Virus record (IMG/VR): IMGVR_UViG_3300032018_000003
Reading direction: 5' to 3' (one strand)
DNA: 64,000 nt
Origin: a virus
Lineage: Duplodnaviria; Heunggongvirae; Uroviricota; Caudoviricetes
Shown here: positions 56,806-64,000 of the stretch, one piece after another
Numbering within the stretch: position 1 is the stretch's first letter
Layout: the number at the start of each line of letters is the position of its first letter
The notes under the pieces: model-generated
Told to the model about the DNA's origin: nothing
What the model saw: the letters and a program-made list of their open reading frames with translations, nothing else
Database searches by the model: none
Translations under genes and position numbers: made by a program

Positions 56806-59800
56806 ATGGCGTCAACTTCTTCAACAAGTTCAATGAGCACTAACCCAAACAAGGTTAGTTATACTGGATTGGGGTTAAGTGGTGGCAGTTCACCAGTACC
56901 ATCAAGTTCATCTTCTTCTGGCGGTGGTAGTTCTTCATCAGTAAATCCAGGTTCTCTTAATGTTGGTAGTAAATATACAGGCCCACAAAGCAGTAGTTCT
57001 TCAACGCCATCAAGCGGGGCATCAGGTAGTTCTTCTTCAACAAGCGGGTCATCAAGTGGTTCCACTAGTGGTTCAACATCAAGACATTCACATTCAGGCG
57101 GTGGCGGAAGTTCTTCTCCAGCACCAGAAGTTAATGTGTTTGGCGTATCAACACCCGTACAATCATTAGAAGTTGCTTCTAAAGTAGATACTAATATGTT
57201 TGGTATGCAAACATTACAACAAAGTAATGTTCCATCTTCAGCTAAACAAGATACTAATATGTTTGGATTACCACAACTGCAACAGAGCAGTGGTAGCGCA
57301 AACGTTAATATTGACAGGCCTGCAAACTGGGTAAGTAATGAACAGAATACTCCAACAACAGATTGGGGTAATATAGGACTAGGCGAACAACAGCTCATAA
57401 AAAATAATCCTGGTGGATATGTCACTTTTGGTAGTAAAGTAATGCCAAACAAATTCATAACTTCTGGTGAAGGTAGCGGGTATGGTGGAACACAATCTGC
57501 GGAATTTAATGAAACTACCGGTAAATTTGAGATTACTACTAATATAAACTCTCTTGGCGGATTTGCTAAAACTGATATTAAACCAACAACCATTTCGTTA
57601 TCTAAATCAGAGTTTGCTACACAGTATCCAGATATGAGTAAACAGTTTAGTTTAAATAGAGAAAGACTTGCCTCTGATTTTGTACCACAATATTTGAACA
57701 TTGGTTCTAGTTTAGGGTCTCCAGATATGTCTAGTTCTATGAACAAAATATATGGAAAAGTTATGTCTAATATACCACAGTATGCTGAAATTGGTAAAAC
57801 GTTTAATACACAAAATAAAATTAATCAAATATTAGGTACAAATACACCAAATTTACCACAACAATCAAAAACTTTTCAATACGCCCAGAATTTTTTATAT
57901 TCTCCTACTACTGGTAGAGATATTATAACAACAGAACGAAGCGTTATTCCTAGTGAGTATATGAATTTTGGTAGAAGTTTAGGAAATCAGTATTCGCCAT
58001 TACCAAAAGCAAGTCCGTTTGCTCCAATTATAGATATATCTAAATTTAATACGGGTGTTATAAAAGAATTAAATTTAAAAGAACCTTTTATTCCAACGTC
58101 TATTGGTAATATGGGAACACAAGAAAAAGTACAAAACGCACCGTATGTTGATATAACACCAAGAAAAGATACTTCGTTACCACCTTCTGTTTTTGGTGCT
58201 AGTAGTAATAAAGCAGAAAACAAATTTTTAGATTATGTGTATAAAAATTTCGAAATTACAAAAGATGAAAAAAATAGTACTATATATAAAACAAAAAATG
58301 ATATTTCTATAGAAGACGCAAACAAAAAAATAGAAATTGCGAATGCGTTACAACAACAAGCGATTGCAGAAGCCAAAACCGCCCAATTACCAGATAGTTT
58401 TATTGCGTTGCGACAAAAACAAATGAATGTCTTGGATATGGAAAAAACATTTTCTAAAGATTCGTATTCCTTTTCTCCAGACAACTTTCAACAAGCATTG
58501 ACATATCAAGGAGTTAAAAGTATAGGGCAACCAGGAGTATTAAATAAATTATATGGTGGTATATCTTTAGCTACCAATTTAGGAGTAGAATATGTTAAAT
58601 GGGAAGGAATTGGTGCGGTTGCTGGCGCAGGATTAGGATTAGCATCAACAGGAATTGGTAAAGTTGCATCGTTATCAACAAAACCAAGCAATATTCTTGT
58701 AAGAATAAACCCACTATTATCAAAAAGTTCTAATATAATTTCAGTATCTAAACCAATAACAACAAGTACTGGTTTTTTTGGAAATGTAGCAAAACCAATT
58801 TTAAATACCGGTAAAGAAATAGGAAAAGAAACAATCAGTATTTTAGGCAGCACTCCAGGAGTAATAGGATTATCGACAGTATATGGAACATATGAAGGAG
58901 TTAAAAAAGATAGTGTTATTGAAGGAGTAATGGCGGGAGCGACTTTTGGTACGAGCGCATTTGGTTTTGAAAAAGGGTTTGGAGCAATATCAAGTTATAA
59001 AAATATAGAAACTCCATTTTTAGAAAATAAACAGATTTTTACTTCTGAAGTTAAAGGTTCACGACAAATAGAAACTACACCGTTTGAAAGAGGATATAAA
59101 AGCAAAGAAACTTTTAAAGGTACTGGTAAAACTGGAGATTTATTATATACTGGTTATACGACAGTACCAAATTTAAGAACTGGTACAGGAACTATAGAAT
59201 ATGGAATCACAAATTTAAAAAATAAAAATATAGTATTCTCAGGAACGGGAACAATAGATTTATTTAAATCAAAAACATTATCTAGTTCTACACGTGGGGA
59301 AACAACAATTTCAAAAATAGAAACGGAAACAATTTCTAGATTAAATAAAGAAAAAATTCCTACAATAGAAAAAACCACAATAATGAGAATTGGAAATACA
59401 AACACGCCGAATTTTTATAATGAACTTATTTCAAAGGATACTACAACGCCTACAATGAATATATTAGAACAATTTTCTCAAAAAGCGTCTGTATCAAGAT
59501 ATCCTTCAGGAGCAATTAAAACAAATTTATTTCCACAAGGAACTATAGAAACAACAAGTAAAATACTTCCAACAAAAATGGTATTAGGAAATTACAATAC
59601 TTATGTTATTAAACCAACAGTAAGTAAAGTATTTGATGCAGGATTAGACTTAGGTACAAAAATTAAAAGTACTAGTAATATGTTTAAAGGTAAAAAAGCG
59701 ACGGCTGAGGTTGGGTTTGGTAATTTTGGCAATACTTATGGTTCAATGCCAAGACCTGGAGAATTGTTTGGTGAATCAGGATTGATAAAACCTATGGAAT

Positions 59801-60441
59801 CTACTTTTTCTAAAACAATAACCCCTGCAAAAAACGAAATGTCTTTTAGTTCACAATTTAGTATGCCGTCATCAAGATTATTGATAAATAATGAAATGAA
59901 GTTTGGTGGAATGTTAAAAATGGTATCTTCTGTTGGAAGTGGTAGTGCTAATAATTATATTAGTGATTATTTTAGTATGCCAAATATAAATACGAAAAAT
60001 TTAACAAAAAACGAAAATAGAATAAGAAATGATTTTTCTTCATTACCAAAAGAAATGTTTACTGGAATGCCAAAAACAGACACGGGTGGCATGCCAAAAA
60101 CTGATACAGGAGCAATATCAAAAGCAGATACAACGGATTATACTAAACCAAACACAGATTTTAATTTTAGAGGAGAAATATTACCACCAATAACTATACC
60201 AACTCCTTTTATGCCACCGTTTTTTAGACCAAAACCAAAACAACAATCTTTTTATAAAAATACTACAAAAAACAGTAACCAAAAAACATATAGTAATTAT
60301 TTAGCTGATATTACAGGTAAAACGTTTAAAAGTAAAGAACCAACACAACGAGAACGTGCACAAACCGCAGTAGAACGTGGATTTGGTAAACTAACTGGTG
60401 GGAATTTTAAGAAATCTTTTGGTAGTGCAAATTTTAGATAG
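56806..60441 (+). CDS. large structural protein, tape-measure-like (1211 aa)
   Basis: Poly-Ser/Gly low-complexity N-terminus. A glycine-zipper hydrophobic core GIGAVAGAGLGLASTGIGKVAS. A tandem GMPKTDTG repeat. Confidence 0.45.
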   Translation: MASTSSTSSMSTNPNKVSYTGLGLSGGSSPVPSSSSSSGGGSSSSVNPGSLNVGSKYTGPQSSSSSTPSSGASGSSSSTSGSSSGSTSGSTSRHSHSGGGGSSSPAPEVNVFGVSTPVQSLEVASKVDTNMFGMQTLQQSNVPSSAKQDTNMFGLPQLQQSSGSANVNIDRPANWVSNEQNTPTTDWGNIGLGEQQLIKNNPGGYVTFGSKVMPNKFITSGEGSGYGGTQSAEFNETTGKFEITTNINSLGGFAKTDIKPTTISLSKSEFATQYPDMSKQFSLNRERLASDFVPQYLNIGSSLGSPDMSSSMNKIYGKVMSNIPQYAEIGKTFNTQNKINQILGTNTPNLPQQSKTFQYAQNFLYSPTTGRDIITTERSVIPSEYMNFGRSLGNQYSPLPKASPFAPIIDISKFNTGVIKELNLKEPFIPTSIGNMGTQEKVQNAPYVDITPRKDTSLPPSVFGASSNKAENKFLDYVYKNFEITKDEKNSTIYKTKNDISIEDANKKIEIANALQQQAIAEAKTAQLPDSFIALRQKQMNVLDMEKTFSKDSYSFSPDNFQQALTYQGVKSIGQPGVLNKLYGGISLATNLGVEYVKWEGIGAVAGAGLGLASTGIGKVASLSTKPSNILVRINPLLSKSSNIISVSKPITTSTGFFGNVAKPILNTGKEIGKETISILGSTPGVIGLSTVYGTYEGVKKDSVIEGVMAGATFGTSAFGFEKGFGAISSYKNIETPFLENKQIFTSEVKGSRQIETTPFERGYKSKETFKGTGKTGDLLYTGYTTVPNLRTGTGTIEYGITNLKNKNIVFSGTGTIDLFKSKTLSSSTRGETTISKIETETISRLNKEKIPTIEKTTIMRIGNTNTPNFYNELISKDTTTPTMNILEQFSQKASVSRYPSGAIKTNLFPQGTIETTSKILPTKMVLGNYNTYVIKPTVSKVFDAGLDLGTKIKSTSNMFKGKKATAEVGFGNFGNTYGSMPRPGELFGESGLIKPMESTFSKTITPAKNEMSFSSQFSMPSSRLLINNEMKFGGMLKMVSSVGSGSANNYISDYFSMPNINTKNLTKNENRIRNDFSSLPKEMFTGMPKTDTGGMPKTDTGAISKADTTDYTKPNTDFNFRGEILPPITIPTPFMPPFFRPKPKQQSFYKNTTKNSNQKTYSNYLADITGKTFKSKEPTQRERAQTAVERGFGKLTGGNFKKSFGSANFR

Positions 60442-60447
60442 TACAAT

Positions 60448-60469
60448 AACAATATATATATAAATACCC
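60448..60469 (+). promoter_or_regulatory. plus-arm promoter motif copy AACAATATATATATAAATACCC
   Basis: Lies upstream of 60489. Confidence 0.4.
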
Positions 60470-60488
60470 ATAGACACACTTATATGAT

Positions 60489-60827
60489 ATGAGGATACTG
60501 AATTCTATGTTCAATAACAAAAAAGGTCAATTGGGAAGCCTTTTCAAATACTGGCAATATATTTTATTTGCTATTATATCGTGTTTTGGAGTATTGATTA
60601 TATTTAAATTCATGTTTCAGGTAGCGTTCAAAGGTTATATATACCCGATTTTCGTTACAACAGTACAACAATCGACAATACCACCAGCAACACAGGCAAT
60701 TATATTAGCAAACTATAACAATATTCCAACATATATAACAATTTGTTTCGGTGGAGTATTATGTATCATATTAATTTATTTAATAATGTTGGCATTTAAG
60801 GAGGAATCCGAAAATGTTTACAGATGA
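60489..60827 (+). CDS. membrane protein (112 aa)
   Basis: Three transmembrane segments. Confidence 0.35.
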   Translation: MRILNSMFNNKKGQLGSLFKYWQYILFAIISCFGVLIIFKFMFQVAFKGYIYPIFVTTVQQSTIPPATQAIILANYNNIPTYITICFGGVLCIILIYLIMLAFKEESENVYR

Positions 60828-61122
60828 TAATAAAGGACAAACTGCAAGTACTGGTTGGGCAGTAATTTTTTTCCTATTAATATTAGTACCAATAGCAGTA
60901 ATATTTATTATATTTAATCAAGTAATGAGTGAGTATCTTGTACCAATATCTGGCTCAATGGTAATGAATACCACATCATTAAATGCGAGTGCAAGAACTG
61001 CGATGATTACAGAAATGACGCGGTACGATTTGATATGGTACGCGTTACCGATAGTTATTATTATTGCTTTAGTATTATGGTTAATAATAAATGCTATGAA
61101 ACGAAGAAATGGTGAATACTAA
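60814..61122 (+). CDS. membrane protein (102 aa)
   Basis: Two or three transmembrane segments. Confidence 0.35.
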   Translation: MFTDDNKGQTASTGWAVIFFLLILVPIAVIFIIFNQVMSEYLVPISGSMVMNTTSLNASARTAMITEMTRYDLIWYALPIVIIIALVLWLIINAMKRRNGEY

Positions 61123-61124
61123 AA

Positions 61125-64000
61125 ATGAAACTTAAATTTATTTTGTTTATTATTGTATGTTTATTAGTTTCTGGTGTCGCGAATGCTACTTGGTGGAATA
61201 CGTCGTATCAATATAAAATGTTAATCAATACTTCAAATTTCACAACATCAACTTTTTTTTATATAAATGGAAGTAATGGTGTTGATATAAAGGGTACTAT
61301 AATTTATCCTATTGCAAGAACTACAACAGGTAATGTTTCTTTATATTTCAATAATGCAACCGATTACTCTATTATTGAAAATGATACTATTGTTCAAAAT
61401 AATATTTATTCAAATGAAGTAATAGCATATTATAAAGCTGATGAAACTTCTTCATCTTCTAATTTAATAGATGCTATTGAACGTTATAATTTTACACAAG
61501 TTGGAAGTCCTTTATCAACTACAGGAAAAATATTAAATGGTAGAGTTGTTAATAATACAGGTGTACAATATTTTAATAGAGATAATGCTTTTTTAAGTCC
61601 TTTAAGTACTGCTGATTTTACTATTACTTTGTGGATTAAAAGATTACAAAGTGAGGAGAATACAATTATTTTTTCATCAGGACTTACAACAGGTAGTAAT
61701 AATCAAGGAGTTACTATATATTGGAAAGACGCAGATGCTAATAAAATTGCTTTCAGAGGTATTGGTTCAGATACAACAGGATATGTAGTTGCATCGACAT
61801 CTACTCTTGCACAAGATACTTGGTATATGGTAACAGTTAAAAAAAATTCAACACATATATCTCTTTTTATTAATGGTATATTTAATAATACTGCAACATA
61901 TACTCAAACAGGAAATTGGTGGAGTTCAACCAACGCAGCAGTAGGTTGTATATATTTAAGTGGTTCTCCTTCAGCATCAAATATTCCAAAAAATAATATT
62001 GATGATTTAGTTATTTATAATAAATCTTTATCTTCAGCTGAAATATTACAAAGGTATAATAATAATATAAATGTAAACGGTTTTGGTGATGTATATGCAA
62101 CAGAACAAGGTGGATCAGGGACTCCAATAGTTAATAGTATTAATATAACAACATATTATTCAGGTGGTGGTTATACAAGCGAATATATTTATGTACCATT
62201 CCAAAACATTACTTGTATCACAAACACAACTAGTGCTAATAGTATTAAATATAATTGGTTTGTAAATAGTATTAGTGTTTTAAATAATAGTATTGTATTA
62301 CCATTATCAGGAATTAATGTTGGGGACAATATTTATTGTCAAGTTAATGCGACAAATAGTACTTTCAATACATCAACACTCGCAAATTCACGTGTATATA
62401 CAGTTTTAGGTAGCGTGTTTCAATTTAGTAACACTGGTAATAATTGGAATTTAAATAATTTAACAGTATTTACTGGTAGTAAACACAATTTATCAATAAA
62501 CATAACCTTTGCACAATCTGATTTATTTGCTACATATTTAAACGTTACTTGTGATATTACTGGTACTATTTTTAGTGCGACAAATACTTCTATAAATACT
62601 AGTACTTTAAATTATTATATTAATAATATATCTTTAAATTATCCATTCCAACGTTGTAGAATTTTTATGACTAGTTCTGATTCGCACACTGCGCAATTAA
62701 TTCCTAATTATATTCAACAAAAAACAACAAAAGGAATTTTGTTTAATACTAGTATATCAAACATAGAAATAACGTCAAACGAAAACGATTATAATGATAT
62801 TAGTACACGAAAATTAATGGACAGAGTTACGTTTGAGTTTGATTATAATAGTAAATCATTGACACGAAGTTATACAGTACATTCGGATAATAAATTATAT
62901 TATTTACCTAATAGTAGATATAAAGGACATTTTGTAAGTTGGAACGAACAAACAAAAATAGGTAACTGGATAGATTTCGAGCAACAAAATAGTGATAATT
63001 ATAATTATGATATAAATAAAATAGATGATTATACTTATACTGTTATTGTATCACCAATAATATTAATACCGGATGAAGAAATTGTATTAGAACAAAAAGG
63101 AATCTTAAAATTTTTAGGTATTGGTGAATTGGAAACTATTGAAGAAGCGAAAATAAATGATTATGGTATTGATAATATAAAATTCGAAACTCTTGGTAAT
63201 ACTAATGTATATAATTTAACTGCATTTTTTTATATTGGTGGGCAAATTAATTTGAGTTCATTTAATAAATATGATAATAGTAATATTACTAATTATAGTG
63301 TAGTAGTATCGACATCAAGTGGATTTCCACCAATTTCACAAACTTTTAATATAGTCAACAAAAGTGGATTAGGATTTATTGAGAATGTTACTAATGGTAC
63401 ATATATATTTAATTTTACTACACCATACTTTTTTGATTCTATACAAACTGTTATTATGAACAACGTATCAAAGAGTGTATTATACAATACTTCACAATCG
63501 TTATTATCGATTTATGTGACTGATTTACTTATCGGCCAACCAGTAACGAATTATTCAGTTTATTTATATGACGGAACTTTTTTAACACAACGAAACGTTA
63601 CAACAATAAATGGTTATATTTCAATACCACTTAACGCAACAACATATTTATATAATGTAACTGGACCAGGGTATTTGATTGCTGGTGGTACAACCGCGCC
63701 TACATATAAAGAAAATTTAACATTAACTGTTGGATTGGGGTATTTAGCAAATTTTACTATTTGGGACGAAGTTACTGGTGGATTGTTTAATATGGGTGAT
63801 GCGACATTACCAACATTAATGATATATTGTCCAACAAGCAATATAATATATAATTTATCAGTAAATAAATTTACTGTACCAGTAAGTTGTGTATATAGTA
63901 AATTCCAAATTCAAATGTATTTTAATGATACTGGTACTACACCAATATATAGAACTTATATTATTGCACCAACTGCATTGAAAGGAATAAACGCTTATTT
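61125..64000 (+). CDS. secreted LamG/concanavalin-A-like domain protein, 3' truncated by window edge (>958 aa)
   Basis: Signal peptide MKLKFILFIIVCLLVSGVANA. LamG signature TITLWIK...DTWYMVTVKKNSTHISLFINGI...IDDLVIYNKSLSSAEI. Dense N-x-S/T sequons. No in-frame stop was seen up to position 64000. Confidence 0.55.
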   Translation, partial: MKLKFILFIIVCLLVSGVANATWWNTSYQYKMLINTSNFTTSTFFYINGSNGVDIKGTIIYPIARTTTGNVSLYFNNATDYSIIENDTIVQNNIYSNEVIAYYKADETSSSSNLIDAIERYNFTQVGSPLSTTGKILNGRVVNNTGVQYFNRDNAFLSPLSTADFTITLWIKRLQSEENTIIFSSGLTTGSNNQGVTIYWKDADANKIAFRGIGSDTTGYVVASTSTLAQDTWYMVTVKKNSTHISLFINGIFNNTATYTQTGNWWSSTNAAVGCIYLSGSPSASNIPKNNIDDLVIYNKSLSSAEILQRYNNNINVNGFGDVYATEQGGSGTPIVNSINITTYYSGGGYTSEYIYVPFQNITCITNTTSANSIKYNWFVNSISVLNNSIVLPLSGINVGDNIYCQVNATNSTFNTSTLANSRVYTVLGSVFQFSNTGNNWNLNNLTVFTGSKHNLSINITFAQSDLFATYLNVTCDITGTIFSATNTSINTSTLNYYINNISLNYPFQRCRIFMTSSDSHTAQLIPNYIQQKTTKGILFNTSISNIEITSNENDYNDISTRKLMDRVTFEFDYNSKSLTRSYTVHSDNKLYYLPNSRYKGHFVSWNEQTKIGNWIDFEQQNSDNYNYDINKIDDYTYTVIVSPIILIPDEEIVLEQKGILKFLGIGELETIEEAKINDYGIDNIKFETLGNTNVYNLTAFFYIGGQINLSSFNKYDNSNITNYSVVVSTSSGFPPISQTFNIVNKSGLGFIENVTNGTYIFNFTTPYFFDSIQTVIMNNVSKSVLYNTSQSLLSIYVTDLLIGQPVTNYSVYLYDGTFLTQRNVTTINGYISIPLNATTYLYNVTGPGYLIAGGTTAPTYKENLTLTVGLGYLANFTIWDEVTGGLFNMGDATLPTLMIYCPTSNIIYNLSVNKFTVPVSCVYSKFQIQMYFNDTGTTPIYRTYIIAPTALKGINAY

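Noticed and set aside
56859-57746. 295-aa minus-strand ORF, and other antisense ORFs (36891..37352, 50739..51344, 63293..63841), in the plus-strand arm
   Set aside because: These are antisense shadows of the Ser/Gly-rich region of the 1211-aa gene and of other plus-strand genes. Their Leu/Pro-rich low-complexity sequence and lack of RBS make them unlikely to be coding.
1-64000. Integrated prophage boundaries, integrase or transposase
   Set aside because: No tyrosine or serine recombinase or transposase motifs were recognised in any frame. No direct repeats typical of att sites were identified, so integration status cannot be asserted.
1-64000. Nucleocytoplasmic large DNA virus of a eukaryote (because of PolB, D5-like, RFC, PCNA, MTase and J-domain)
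   Set aside because: GGAGG Shine-Dalgarno sites lie 6-10 nt upstream of most starts. Start and stop codons overlap pervasively by ATGA. Poly-T terminators are present. Together these indicate prokaryotic, archaeal-style gene expression.

Overview
The window is AT-rich (roughly 25-30% G+C judged by eye, not computed) and densely packed with genes in a prokaryote-like layout. GGAGG-type Shine-Dalgarno sites precede most start codons, many neighbouring genes overlap by ATGA, and genes are followed by oligo-T terminators. The genes form two divergent arms: a minus-strand arm at 1-35.9 kb and a plus-strand arm at 36.6-64 kb. A repeat-rich switch region lies between the arms, and a 1.45-kb ORF-free block full of iterons sits at 17.0-18.5 kb. 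Replication genes are of the archaeo-eukaryotic type. They include a family B DNA polymerase encoded as two ORFs (exonuclease part and polymerase part) separated by an inserted pair of paralogous small genes. They also include a D5-like primase-helicase, an RFC-like clamp loader, a PCNA-like clamp candidate, two SF2 DEAH helicases, a Cas4-like nuclease fused to a helicase, and an Hjc-like resolvase. Other recognisable genes are a C5 cytosine methyltransferase with a tiny ferredoxin-like ORF directly upstream, a CoiA-like nuclease, a J-domain protein and an SPFH/band-7 protein. An acylphosphatase-like protein and a HExxH metallopeptidase carrying thrombospondin type-3 calcium-binding repeats are also present. 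There are many small zinc-ribbon proteins, many secreted or membrane-anchored cysteine-rich proteins with N-x-S/T sequons, and several paralog families. The right end carries a 1211-aa tape-measure-like protein and a 3'-truncated LamG-domain secreted protein. I found no rRNA, no convincing tRNA, no CRISPR array, and no integrase or transposase. The best interpretation is a virus, provirus or large mobile element of an AT-rich archaeon (methanogen-like), but this is not proven. All coordinates come from the supplied ORF track or from manual reading of the sequence. Functional calls are motif-based inferences and no database search was run.
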